Positions 24,148 to 38,051 of a DNA stretch of 64,000 bases are shown one piece after another. The translations under genes were made by a program, and so were the position numbers. Source of the stretch: Blepharisma stoltei ATCC 30299. Lineage: Eukaryota; Protista; Ciliophora. The stretch covers positions 62,001 through 126,000 of the forward strand of contig CBFDEM010000029.1 in the NCBI GenBank assembly GCA_965603825.1, in the 5' to 3' direction. Position 1 is the stretch's first letter; every line of letters begins with the position of its first letter. Below the pieces are notes generated by a model. It did not search any database and was not told where the DNA came from. It saw only the letters and a program-made list of their open reading frames with translations.

Positions 24148-26343
24148 ATGTCATCTCTTTCCTCAACACTTGAAAACTACACTTTAGCGCAGTCCTTACA
24201 GATTCATAGTGGAACCGTCAGATGTTTATCACTTTACAATGACCTTTTGCTCTCTGGAGGCTTGGACACTCAGCTCTTTATATCAAAACTCAACCAAGGC
24301 AAGTATGAGCCTCTTCAGCATTATACTCATCACACTTCTTATATTTACTCATGCGCCTTTGCAAATGACGGGCAGTCTTTCTTCTCAGGTGATAAAATAG
24401 GGCAAATAGTTCACTCAGATTTCACGTCTTCCAATATAAGGAACTTTATTGGGCACTCCAATGCAGTTTGCTCATTGGATGTGAATGAGAATGTTCTATT
24501 GTCAGGCTCATGGGATGCCACAGCAAGAATTTGGGATATTACAACAGGAAATTGTTTATCTGTGTTAGGGAACGAAAAGCATACTTACGGAGTCTGTGTA
24601 AAAAATACTCAATACGCAATCCTCACTGCATCACAAAATGGAAAACTTAACTTTTGGAGCAAGTCAGGAGAATTCATAAGGTCAATCCAAGCCCATAACG
24701 ATTTGATTAGGGAAATTTCGTTCTCTGAAAATTTTGGCATTATGACCTGTTCTAATGATAATACAATAAAGCAATTTACCATCGATGGAAGACTGGTAAA
24801 CACTTATATGGGACACCAAGGATTTGTGTTTTGTGCGAAATTATTGAAGAATGGGGAAATCATTTCTGGAAGTGACGATAGAACTGTCAAGGTTTGGGCT
24901 AATGGTAGGGAAATAGATTCTATTATACATCCAAACAGCATTTGGGATGTGGCAATGAATTTTGAAGATGACATAATTACTGCTGGTGCTGATTGTTTTA
25001 TAAGAGTCTTTACAAGGGATAGACCAAGAGTTGCTGCGCCAGAAGAAATTGAAGAATACAATAAAAAATGCACAGAAGTTCCAAAGGATGAAGCAGCGAT
25101 GGATATTGACAAAATGCAGTCGATTAATGATATTTCGAATGTGAAAGGGAAAAAAGAAGGCGATGTCCAAGTTTTTAATAATTTTGGAGTTCCTGAAGCA
25201 TATGTTTGGCATGTGGAAGGAGAATTTTGGGAAAGAATTGGAGAGGTTGTAGGCCAAGGGGCATCTGGAAAAAATCCTGTGAAAAAGCATTATGATGGAG
25301 ATAGACTGTTCAAGGCTGGGGATTATGACTACGTTTTTGATGTAGAATTAGGAGACGGGGTTATGAGAAAAATGCCTTATAATAATGCTGACAATCCTTT
25401 GGAAACTGCTGAAAAATTCATAGCTCGAGAAGGGCTGAACAAAGAATATGTAAGTGAAATAACTAAATTTATCATGAGCAATGCTCAGCCTAGTTATAAC
25501 AGTGCTCCTGCAGCACCACAAGTTAGGCAGATCTCTAACAGATTTTTCCCTCAGCAAGCTCCTATCTATTTTGACACTTTTAATATCCAGCCAATCATCA
25601 ATAAAATCAAAGAATTCAATGCAAACCTAGTTACTCCTCATCAGCTAAATGAAGCAGAGCTAAGAGAGCTCGATAGGATTGCCCAAGCACTAGGAAACCC
25701 AAAAGACTATAAGCAAACATCTCTTACATACAAAGATACCGACTTACTGCTAAAACTCATTAACTGGCCAAGAGAAAACATATTCCCTGTCTTTGATTTA
25801 TTCAGGATCTCTCTCCTCCACAACTCAGCTCAAGAGATGTTCAAAGGTGCAGACCATGGTTCTCGACATTTAGCAGTAATCACTGCACAGATTTCCCGTT
25901 CTCAAGAAAATCCAATTTTAATTACAGGTCTGAAGCTTCTTTGCAATTTATTTTATGGAAATACTTCGCATTCAATGATTTCCCACAGAAGAGAGTCAGT
26001 TCTAGATGCAGTTTTAGCTCACATTGATAATACTAATAACAACGTAAGGCTCGGATTGGTGACTTTGCTGTTCAATTTTTCAGTAGATTTGATTGCAGAG
26101 AAGGAAAATGAAGGGAAAATCCAAGTGCTTTCAGCGCTGATGGAATTTATAAATGCAGAAGGAGAGATGGAAAGCCAGTTCAGAGCATTTTGTGCAGTAG
26201 GAAATATTTTAGCAGGAAGTGGGATTAATAGTGAGCTGGTTGATATTTCTAGGCAATTAGGATTGGATAGTGTTATTGGCTCTAAATCTTGCACTGGCAA
26301 GGCTGATGAATGCAAGCAAGAATTAATGACTATTTTCAATTAG
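24148..26343 (+). CDS. PLAA: PLAA/DOA1/UFD3 (WD40-PFU-PUL)
   Basis: WD40 repeats (SGSWDATARIW, SGSDDRTVKVW), PFU (YDYVFDV...PYNNADNP..AEKFI), PUL (WPRENIFPVFDLFR). Confidence 0.9.
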   Translation: MSSLSSTLENYTLAQSLQIHSGTVRCLSLYNDLLLSGGLDTQLFISKLNQGKYEPLQHYTHHTSYIYSCAFANDGQSFFSGDKIGQIVHSDFTSSNIRNFIGHSNAVCSLDVNENVLLSGSWDATARIWDITTGNCLSVLGNEKHTYGVCVKNTQYAILTASQNGKLNFWSKSGEFIRSIQAHNDLIREISFSENFGIMTCSNDNTIKQFTIDGRLVNTYMGHQGFVFCAKLLKNGEIISGSDDRTVKVWANGREIDSIIHPNSIWDVAMNFEDDIITAGADCFIRVFTRDRPRVAAPEEIEEYNKKCTEVPKDEAAMDIDKMQSINDISNVKGKKEGDVQVFNNFGVPEAYVWHVEGEFWERIGEVVGQGASGKNPVKKHYDGDRLFKAGDYDYVFDVELGDGVMRKMPYNNADNPLETAEKFIAREGLNKEYVSEITKFIMSNAQPSYNSAPAAPQVRQISNRFFPQQAPIYFDTFNIQPIINKIKEFNANLVTPHQLNEAELRELDRIAQALGNPKDYKQTSLTYKDTDLLLKLINWPRENIFPVFDLFRISLLHNSAQEMFKGADHGSRHLAVITAQISRSQENPILITGLKLLCNLFYGNTSHSMISHRRESVLDAVLAHIDNTNNNVRLGLVTLLFNFSVDLIAEKENEGKIQVLSALMEFINAEGEMESQFRAFCAVGNILAGSGINSELVDISRQLGLDSVIGSKSCTGKADECKQELMTIFN

Positions 26344-26439
26344 CTTAACGGGTATTTCTATTTCATTTATTTTAAATTATTAGCTATAAATAGGAATTGC
26401 AAACTGTTTTCTTTGAAACTTAATTACATAATTAAAACA

Positions 26440-27648
26440 TTATGCAAAGACTTCCATCTCTTTCCATTGCATCTGTTTCTTCTGTTTCCATTTTCATTGG
26501 AAAGCTATCCGGCTCTTGTTTTGTCGAAAACTGAATATCTTTTCGCGATCAAAAAACTCTGGTCAACTATTGCCAACTACGGTTTCGCAATCTTCGTCTT
26601 TGACTTCAGCTTGAGCAGGTGCTAATATCTGCTCAGTTTCTATATTTTTTGGACTTTTCCCAATCGCTTGCTTTTTTCTTATCTTTTTCGTCTTTTTTCC
26701 TTTCTGAACTGGAACTTCAATTTCCTCGATTTCAGCTTTTTTTACTGAGCTACGACCTTTGTTAAACTTGCTTCATTCGAATATCAAATCAAGCTGAAAA
26801 TTTTCTTTTCTTGCAATTGATGCAATTTGTTCTCTCATATAATTGTAATTAGGATTTTCTTCAAATCTCAGTCCTTTGCAGTAATTAAGTAAAACAGCTA
26901 CTTCAGAAGGACAGCCTTTACATAACTCTCCCACACTTGTGTTCATTTTTGTAGTCATTATTTTGTTGTACTTTTCGGTTTTATTTTTTATGTGTAGTCC
27001 TTGCCAAGGCAAAGCTCCTTTTAGAAAATATATGAAAACATATATTATTCCTTCTAAATCGTCTCTTCTAGTTTGATCTATCCCTTGATGTGCATTTAAA
27101 GATGCATATCTTGCAGTCCCAGTTAAGCTCTTTTTATCTTTGTATTGAATATGCTGCTTTGTTTTGCTTTCTCTGTATTTTTTTGAAAGTCCGAAGTCAA
27201 TTATATAAATCTGGCTTTCTTTTTCATTCAAGCCAAATAAAAAATTTTCCGGTTTGATATCTCTGTGGATATAGTCTTGGTTGTGGATGGTTTCTATCCT
27301 CTGAACCATTTGATCGCACATCATGCAGGCAGATTTTGTGGATATTCTCCTGTCATTTGCTGCGAAAGCATCTTCTAGTGAAGATCCTAAAAGCTCCATA
27401 GCCATGATGTTATAATTGCCCTCAGACCCTGATCAGTAGACTTTTGGAATTCCTTCACCTTTTAGACTTCTGATTATTTTAGCTTCATTTATAAGTTGAG
27501 GTGGGGTTGTATTTACACTTTCTAATTTTATTGCGACATCCGCTTGAGTTTCTAAATTAGATCCATAAAAAATATCTCCAAATGAGCCTCCACCTATTCT
27601 TTTCCGTAGAACGTATTTTCCTCCGACTCTCACATAATTTGACTCCAT
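26440..27648 (-). CDS. Casein kinase 1 (C-terminus uncertain; see findings)
   Basis: IGGGSFGDIF, AIKLE, IPKVY-W(TGA)-SGSEGNYNIMAMELLG, HRDIKPENFL, LTGTARYAS, LPWQG, IFE-W(TGA). Confidence 0.88.
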
Positions 27649-27999
27649 TGATATAATTAAAAAATGATAAAAAACAGTAATTTTATATCTTTTAATTTAA
27701 AATTTTCAAAAGGAAATTTACTCCGATATCGTAATAATTATTCCTGATAATTTTCCATCATAATGTTTATGCGATCCTCAATAATGTATGATAATTCAAA
27801 ATAATGATTGTGTTGAAAGCACAGTAAACCATTTTTTTTTAAAAATTAATTATATAAAAACAGGGTTTAATTTGAAACTGAGCTAAAAGTTTTTATAATT
27901 GCCTTTTGCTAATTTTTTTTATAACAAAAATTTCTGGCATTTATTGATTTATTAACATAATCAGAATATATTTAATAATAAGGCATATTTAATTAATTC

Positions 28000-29244
28000 C
28001 TAATCAACTATATAATAAAAGTCAGCTATTGGTCCGCAAATTGTATCACAGCGATTATTTTGATGATTTTGAGAGAAAGTTGTATTTTCAAAATCCCATC
28101 GAATATGTCCCGGCCCCGTCACAGATTGCATGCAGTCGACACATTTATAAGTATGAGACCCTTCTATACAAAACATCACTGTGTATTTGTGATTTTTTGA
28201 AATCGGTATTGGGCTATCCATCTCAATTTTGAAGACTGATTCATCAGAGTTATATTCAATTACAATACTTTGAGGATGACGATAAGCAGATGATGAGCCA
28301 GTATAATTCCCTTTAATCACTTGAAACTCTTTTACCGTTGTGACTCCTCCAGCTTTATAAGGAGCACAGATTCCAACTCCAGTGAGTTTTATAGGCTCAG
28401 AAACTGTAAAAGTTAGCGCATCAATACGCTCACCAGTGTACCTCCATTTAAGAGCCCTCGTTATTGTTGTTCTTCTTATTTTTTCTTCAAGTGGGTTATC
28501 AAGCCTTACACGAGTTGAAGAGTGAATTATTTTTTTGAGCCCTTCGTCAGGAATTGCTACACTAAATTGAGTTTCTGATTCGTTATCAAAGTCTTTGAAC
28601 ATTAAGTTATTTCTTTTTATAGCTTGAATAAGTCTAATTTTATGTACAGCTGATCTATTCGATTTTAAGATATTTTCAAATTTTTCATAACTTTTGGTTT
28701 CTGATTCTAAGATTTCATTAATTTTTATTTGCTCAATTTCTGCTATTTTAATATGGTTTTCGTACAAATTTTCAATCTCTTGACTAAGATCTTGTTCTCG
28801 ATTATTTAAAATTTCTTTAATTTTGGAAAAGACAGAAATTAAAGAAATGTCGCTTAAGGCTTTGCGTTCCTGGAAATTCGAGATATTCAATATTGTTGAG
28901 TTTTTTGGGGAATTCATAGCACTTGTAATTAGATCGAGTCAGCCTCCTAAATCCGAAGAGGAATTCGTAGAAATGATGTATTGTCTCGATGGAGTGGCAA
29001 TTTTGAAACAAAATTCTCTATTATTTTCTTGATCCCAAGGGCCAGCTTCTACAATGGAATTAATGCTGATATTTGCAGTGGGAGTTGCTGTGGACTCAGG
29101 ATGCTTATATGTAGAAATGGAGGTTTCATTGAGAACAAGCCATCTCTTTCTCCACTTTTTAAGATAATGCGATCTCTTTTCAATCCAACCTGTTTTTAAA
29201 GTGCCTTCCATATATGATGATAAATCTTTTATATTATAAGTCAT
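28000..29244 (-). CDS. PH domain + coiled coil + PHR-domain protein, ~414 aa
   Basis: PH: KTGWIEKRSHYLKKWRKRWLVL...GG-W(TGA)-LDLI (conserved helix Trp). PHR-like: WRYTGERIDALTFTVSEPIKLTGVGI...NNRCDTICGPIADFYY. Confidence 0.7.
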
Positions 29245-30416
29245 ATTACAAATCTGAGAGCATATAACTAAACGAATAATGGATAAAAATCATAAATAAG
29301 CATATAGTTAAACAAAACTGTGATAAAAGAGTTATTAAAATATTTTTTTCCTATTTTAATTTACTTTTTTATAAGTTTGATTTTAATTTCATATAAATGG
29401 TAACCAAAATTAATTTTCCTTACGATTTGTTGTAGAATTTGTATTAAAAATGATGTTAGAACTCGATCTCCACACATATCTTTTTCTTTCTGCTTTAATT
29501 TAAGACACATCCACTTTTGTTTTAAATTCGAGATCGAAATCTTGCACACTTACTCTTCATGAAATAGGTACAAAAGTCTCGCTGCACCACATACAATTTC
29601 CTCTCTTCAATATTAATTATCCAAATTAATCCCTAAATATCTCTTATTCAGATATCATAACATAAAATATAATTTCTTTTCTTTTATTAGGTAATCAGGG
29701 TAATTATTGCAAGGATTATTAACCCGAATTCATATTTTGTAATCATTAATTTTTTTAAGTTTAGATTCATCAAAATTTCAAAACTTTTCATCTAATATTT
29801 CTACTCCAACAAAACCTGTTAACATTTTAAAAGCTTCCTTACCACACTTACTGTAAACTTGAGGGGTTTGGTACACGTTTATCCTTTGCTTTCAGGCTTT
29901 AAAATGTGTTTAATTCAAGAGCTTCCTAATTCCTTAAATCTTTTTTATTTTGATATGCTTATCCTTCCTGGAGTCTGTTCTTAATAGTAGTCATTATGAG
30001 ATTTTGGTAAAGTCGATAAGATAAATATATTAAATAGGGTTAGATAGCCGCTATATCACTATGCTCATAACATAAAAATACAAAGATTCAATAGATTTAG
30101 GAATATTTTAGGAAGCATCAAAATTGTGTGATAAATTTAAAATGTTATAAACATATTTGAGAAACTTTTAAAATATAAGAGGAATAAAATAGCATAAAGT
30201 AGCAGGCAATTAATAAAGACATATAATTATTTTAAATTATAAATATAAGCAGCACTTTAAAATGTTAGACAAAAATATAAAACAGATGAAATGAAGTAGT
30301 CAAACAATCTTTGAGTAATAATTATTTTCAACCCAGAATTTGAATGTTGCTCAAAAGTATAAAACAAGCTCCATAAATATACTAAAGCCACATTTACTTT
30401 AAAGGATTTTATTAAC

Positions 30417-31826
<1,410 letters not shown>

Positions 31827-31845
31827 TTATGGAAACTTAACTACC

Positions 31846-31916
31846 CCCATGATTTTAAAATGGTATAGTAAAAAATACCTATAGGTACCCATGATTTTAA
31901 AAGCCATTTTAAAATG
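31846..31916. promoter_or_regulatory. Candidate alpha-tubulin upstream element: 15-bp direct repeat plus two 12-bp palindromes
   Basis: CCCATGATTTTAAAA at 31846-31860 and 31888-31902; TACCTATAGGTA 31876-31887; CATTTTAAAATG 31905-31916; 70-140 bp upstream of the ATG. Confidence 0.4.
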
Positions 31917-33857
31917 AAAATTCTGGGCATTTGAAACAGGGTAAAAGGGCTGATTTTATGATCTCTATTAACTTAAAATTTCAGCAAAACCAAAATAAAT
32001 CAAAGAGGCATTTATTGATTTTTGACCCATATAAAGACTTCAGTTTTTGCTAAATTGGCTTTCTGATTAAAGTTTACTATTTGATTGAATATTATCACTA
32101 CTAAGAGTGCTACAATGAGGAGTAGGGTGGAATCTGATTTTTGGATTAAAATTATTGATAATTAGAGAATGAAAAATCAAAGAAAGCTTATTCAATTTAT
32201 TGTTTAAAGCCGTTCTTTCCAAGTATCCTATTTATGCATAGGAATAAGTTATGGAACTAAGTTATGAGAAAGTGAATCAATATTGAGATGTGATCACCAT
32301 CCAGACAGCTATAGATATACTGAAAACTAAGGAATTTACAACTTATTTTACAAAGCATTTAACATATACTTATTTTTTCATTGCATTTAATTCAATTATG
32401 TTATAATAATGAAAATCAAGCTCTTTAGAATTATCATTTAAACTGCTTTTACTACCCAGAATATAGATGCAACGATTGAGCCTTCCAAAATTCATTCAGC
32501 AAAGATATTATTTAAACTTAATTAACTACTCCGGCCTAATAGATATATGTAAAAATGATTTCCATGCATTGATTTCAAGTTGGAGCTTAAGTAAACTAAG
32601 TATAAAAATCATTTAAATTCGTAATTAATTTCAAGATTGTATAAAAGAAATATTTTTATTTTCCTTAATTCAAAAATAAAGCACTCCAACATCTTGTATA
32701 CAATTTCAATAAGAAAATAGAATTTAATGTTCAAGTTTTTAGACATTGTAAACTTAAAGCTATAATAAAAGATCTTACATGATAATCAATTAAAGCTAAT
32801 AAATTATTAGAATAAGAATAAACACAATGGCTGCAATTGATAGTTTCTTTTATTAAGTCCTTTCTTTATTCAATATAATTCCTTCCTTAGAGAATTTTTT
32901 TCCAATTTTGTACTTTTCTCAGGTATAGATTTGGAAAAATTCTGTTTTTACCGTACTTTTTTTCCTGTTGGGAAAAAAATTCAATATTGCCAGTCACTTT
33001 GAATGTAAAAAAGCTGACTGTAAAAAAGTACAGTGTGCTTCTTTACAGACCACCCGCAAGAGGCTCGAATAAATTCAATTAAACCAAAATATTATAGTTT
33101 AGTAAACTCCTTTGAAAGAATATTCCAAAAAAAGTCTTATTGTAAATTTAGAACCATTTTGTAGATTTCACTCTTAATCTAATTTAAAAATCAACTAATA
33201 TCTTAATCAAATTAAATATTATCCAAAATTTCAAAAATTATACATTATTAATCAAAATCTTTAACTCTTCCATTCAAGAGAAAGTAAGACTAATTTGCCC
33301 GAATGTAGAAGATGATTAATAATTTGTAAATGCTTATTTATATCAAAATTTTAATTTTGGCTTCAGATTATGTAAAATACAGCTACTTATATATTGTTTA
33401 AACAGAAGGAAGGTTTATTATAATAATAAATACTTTTATGATGATATACTATCCAATCCTATTTATCGAAAGTAATTATGGCAATTAAAAATCATGAAAT
33501 AAAATAAATCATTTTTTTTGTAAATGATTTCTTTATTTATTAGTTTTAAACTCAAAAAATGACTCTTAGGGACGAGGGCATTATTTTCACTTTATCTTTT
33601 TATGACGAAATTTCAATAATTTATTTATTATTTTTCCTCTTTTTATTAAAAGCCAGTAATGAAAATTGAAATTGTCTCTGTCAAAGCTAAACTAATAGAT
33701 AGCCATAGGCTTTGAATAAATATTTCAATTTAAATTATTCTTTTTAACTAAAAAAGTTAATTGAAATTTATATATTTTTTCTTATTTTCAGAATTCGTTT
33801 TTCACAGTTTATTTTGAATTGCAAATCTTTTTTCTTATATAAAATAGCTTATATTAA

Positions 33858-36551
33858 ATGGGTAGCTGTGTATCGAAGTCCAAAGTTAAAAATCCAAAAG
33901 TTCAAGAAACTGATTTATCACAAATACCATCTCATCCTGCATTGCCAAAAATTGCTAAAGAAGAAACTAAAGATGAAACCCAGCTGGGTCGTAAAAACAT
34001 CAAAAAGAAGGCACCCGTTGCAGATAATAGAAGACGAATTGGGCCAGAAGATGTTGACGCTGCCACAGCAGTAATCACAGAAAAGCCTAAAACAGACCGC
34101 GAAAAAGAAGAAATCAGAGAAGCTCTATTAACACACTCACTATTCAACAGTTTGCCACGGCAAAATGTTGAATTGGTAATTGAACAAATGAAATTTTATG
34201 AGATGGGCCCCAGGGAATTTGTATTTGAGCAAGGCCAGCCGGGCAACAATTTTTTTATTATTTCTGCTGGAAGAGTTGAAATTATCGTTAATGGACAATC
34301 AAAAGGCTTTCTTGGTAAAGGTAAATGTTTTGGAGAGCTCGCTCTCTTACATGATTCAGTTAGAACTGCTACAATTAAAACTATAGAAAGAGCAAGACTG
34401 TGGGGAATTGGCAGGCAAGCTTTCAGATCAGCGGTAGAATCAGTAAACGCAAGAAAATATGAAGAAAATAAGCAATTTTTAGAAAGCATCCCAATCCTGA
34501 ATTTGCTCACTGAGGACCAAAAAGAATCATTGCTTGCTGTAATGGTGCCTATGGAATATTCCCCAGGCCAAAAAATCGTTACAGAAGGAGATCCAGGAGA
34601 TTTGATGTATATAATCAAACTCGGCACTGTAAGCTGTACATTTAAAGGAAACGAAATTAGACAGCTGGGAAGAGGCGAATTCTTTGGAGAGCAGGCATTG
34701 CTTTATGATACTGTGAGGACCGCAACAGTAACCGCAATAACCAAGGTAAAAGTTCTTTCGATTGGCAGAGAAAGTTTACAAAAAGTGTTAGGTGGAGAAT
34801 TGCAACAACTTTTATATAGGAATTCTCAAAGGATTGCTCTTAACCAAAGCCGATACTTGACTTGTCTCACCAACGGTCAGGTTGAAGTTGTTATTGGAAA
34901 AATGCATATAGCTTCTTATCAAGACTCACAAGTTGTTATACACAGAGGAAACCCCAAAAAAGAAAAAATTTGGGTTGTTCTTCAAGGAAAGTTAACAACT
35001 AAGGGTGGCACAAAAGCAATTGAGGTATTTGGATGTGTCGGAGATGGCGACAGTGAAATCACAAATAATTTAGTTTATGAGTCAGAGTATGTTACTCAAG
35101 GAGAAACTACGATAGCAGAAATCACGTGGGAAGAGCTCGAAGCAAGCATTGGAGGGCCACTTTCATCGATTTCAAATCATAATGAAGTTGTAGGGATTTT
35201 AAGAAGAGTGCAGCTATTAAGAGCTTTGCCTTCTCAGAAATTAGAAGCTATAGCTGCTGTTTTAAGAGTAAAAGAGTATCACGATCAAGATGCAATTTTC
35301 AGACAAGATGATGTAGGAGATTCTTTTTATATAGTAAAAGAAGGCCAAGTTGATATATTTAAAGATGGGACGCTAATAAGAACAATTATCAAGCATGACT
35401 TTTTCGGGGAGAGATCTATTATTCACAACGAAAACCGAACAGCCACAGTTATCGCAAAAGGAAGCGCATCATGCTGGGTGCTTGATAGACAAGCCTTTAT
35501 CAGCCTGATCGATGAAGGAATCCGTAACCAATTAATGAAGAGGATTGAACTGCAAAACGACTCTGTCGTATTAGATGATCTCTGCATTGTAAAAGGACTT
35601 GGCAAAGGAATGTTCGGTACGGTTTATTTATCGGTCAATAAAAAAACAAAAACTCCATATGCTCTGAAAACAGTTCCTAGAACCAAAATACAGGCTTATG
35701 AAATCTACGATAACCTGATTCTCGAAAGAAAGATTCTGCTACAAATTGACCATCCTTTAATCATGAAGCTAGTAAAGACCCTAAAAGATGCTGATAGGAT
35801 CTACTTTTTAATTGAATTTGTAAGGGGGAAAGATTTATTCGACGTTCTCCGAATTTTAAATATCCTGAATAACGAGTATTCCAGGTTTTATGCTGGATGC
35901 ATTATGCTGATGCTTGAGCACCTTCATGAAAGAAAAATCATTTACCGAGATCTCAAGCCAGAAAATATCATGATTGATGAAGACGGATACCCAAAAATGA
36001 TAGACTTTGGGACAGCGAAATTTGTGAGTAACAGAACTTATACAGTTGTAGGGACACCTCATTATATGGCCCCAGAAGTCATTCTTGGGAAAGGATATGG
36101 GCTAGCTGCTGATTATTGAACCGTAGGAATTATGATTTACGAATTTTTGTGTGGAGGAGTCCCGTTTGGAGAAGAAGAGGAAGATCCATATAGGATTTAT
36201 GAGAAAGTTCTAGAAAGACGCTTATCCTACCCAAATTTTGTGGGTCAAAATTTAAAGGCTGCACCGATGATTGAGCTTCTTTTGAACAAAAATCCAGCTA
36301 TGAGAGGCACATATGATACAATTAAAGCACACAAATGGTTTGAAGGGCTGGATTGGGATGCTTTATTAGGAAAGCAGATTCCAGCTCCTCATGTTCCAAA
36401 GCTTGAAAGTTTGGATACTGAAATTGCAAGAGAACTAAGAAATCCAAGAGATATTTTTGCTTTTATGAAGCGCGAAGATGGAAAAGAAGTTGTTGATACC
36501 CGCAAGTTACGATCAAGAACTCCACCGCCTCACTGGGATGATGAATTTTAA
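33858..36551 (+). CDS. PKG: cGMP-dependent protein kinase (alveolate-type PKG), ~897 aa
   Basis: MGSC acylation motif; cNMP-binding cassettes FGELAL..RTAT, FGEQAL..RTAT, one degenerate, FGERSI..RTAT; AGC kinase with ADY-W(TGA 36117)-TVG; C-terminal WDDEF. Confidence 0.92.
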
Positions 36552-36580
36552 AGATAAAGAAACCGTTTTAATTGGCTAAA

Positions 36581-37762
36581 CTACTTCCATAACTTAGCAA
36601 ATGATAAATTCTTGTCTGTATCTTTCTTCATCACTTTTGCAACAGCTAACTCAAAGTCCTCTTGAGTCACGTGAACTCTTCTTTCTCTTAATGCGAAAAT
36701 TCCTGCTTCTGTGCAAACAGCTTTGGTCTCTGCAGCTGAAGCACCGTTCATATTGCTTGCCACTTTCTTAAAATCAATTCCTCTAGTTAGGTTCATTTTT
36801 CTTGAGTGAATTTTTAAAATTTGTGCCCTGGCGTCTTCATCAGGATTAGGGAATTCAATTTTTCTATCAATTCTGCCTGGCCTTAACAAAGCTTCATCTA
36901 AAATATCAATTCTATTCGTTGCCATGATAACTTTGATGTCTTTATTAGCCTCAAACCCATCCAATTGGTTTAAGAGCTCAAGCATAGTTCTCTGCACTTC
37001 AGAGTCTCCTCCATGCTCTCCAGATATTCTTGTCCCACCAATAGAGTCAATTTCATCCATAAAGATAATAGAAGGCGCGTGCTCTCTGGCCATCACAAAC
37101 AGTTCTCTCACCATCCTTGACCCTTCTCCTATATACTTCTGAACTAATTCCGCACCTGAAACCCTGATAAATGTGCAGTCAGTATGATGAGCAACAGCTC
37201 TCGCTAGCAAAGTTTTGCCTGTTCCTGGAGGGCCATATAGTAAAACTCCTTTAGGCTGAGCAATGCCTAGAGCTTCGAAAATTTCTGGATGCTTGATAGG
37301 GAGCTCAATGACCTCTTTAACTTCTTTTATTTGCTGATCTAGACCTCCGATCATGTCATAAGTGGAGTCTGGGACTTTTTCAACTTTCATCAGACTGACT
37401 AATGGATCTATTTTGCTAGGTAAGATCTTGTGAAGTTGGTATGAGTCACTTTTCAAAGCGACACGTGTGTTTGGTGTCAATTTATCAAGTGGGATATCTT
37501 TAGCTATATTGACTACGAATTTTCCTTCGGGATTTACCTTGCAGAGACATTTTTTCTTCCCCATGACCTTGACGACTTCACCTACATAGGAACCGGGTTC
37601 TTGCAAGAGCTGGATTTCTTCTCGCAGATTGCGGACTTGGTTGTTCATTTCGTTACGTTGGGCTTCAAGGCGTTTTACTTCTGACATTTTGAGCTGAACC
37701 TTATGCATCAGGTCTTCTATCTTAGAAAGATAGTAAGACTTTAGACCAGCATGACCTGACAT
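36581..37762 (-). CDS. RPT6: 26S proteasome AAA-ATPase subunit RPT6
   Basis: [54 protein letters not shown]; ends LWK-TAG. Confidence 0.96.
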   Translation of the reverse strand: MSGHAGLKSYYLSKIEDLMHKVQLKMSEVKRLEAQRNEMNNQVRNLREEIQLLQEPGSYVGEVVKVMGKKKCLCKVNPEGKFVVNIAKDIPLDKLTPNTRVALKSDSYQLHKILPSKIDPLVSLMKVEKVPDSTYDMIGGLDQQIKEVKEVIELPIKHPEIFEALGIAQPKGVLLYGPPGTGKTLLARAVAHHTDCTFIRVSGAELVQKYIGEGSRMVRELFVMAREHAPSIIFMDEIDSIGGTRISGEHGGDSEVQRTMLELLNQLDGFEANKDIKVIMATNRIDILDEALLRPGRIDRKIEFPNPDEDARAQILKIHSRKMNLTRGIDFKKVASNMNGASAAETKAVCTEAGIFALRERRVHVTQEDFELAVAKVMKKDTDKNLSFAKLWK

Positions 37763-38051
37763 TTTATTTATTCAGAAGTATTCATTTGAGGATAACAGAA
37801 ATTTACTATTAGGAAAAATTACATTAAGAAGATGCAATCGCTAGCCATTATAGCCTTGAAGCATGAAAATTAATTTGAGTTTATAAAAAATATAAATATA
37901 TATGTATATTGAATAATGATAACTAAAGGAAACAGATATAGAATAAATTAAAATTGAGAGAATTATAAATTTTAAGATTAAGCTGCAATAATTTTTATCA
38001 ATAATGCTGAAATTTGCATAATAGTTTGCTTTTAGAATTTTAGTCTAAAAA

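Noticed and set aside
26567-26580. 14-nt GTAGTTGGCAATAG as a record-short intron
   Set aside because: It lacks the A at -6 seen in all other introns here and is less AT-rich; a single-base indel explains the CK1 frame more simply.
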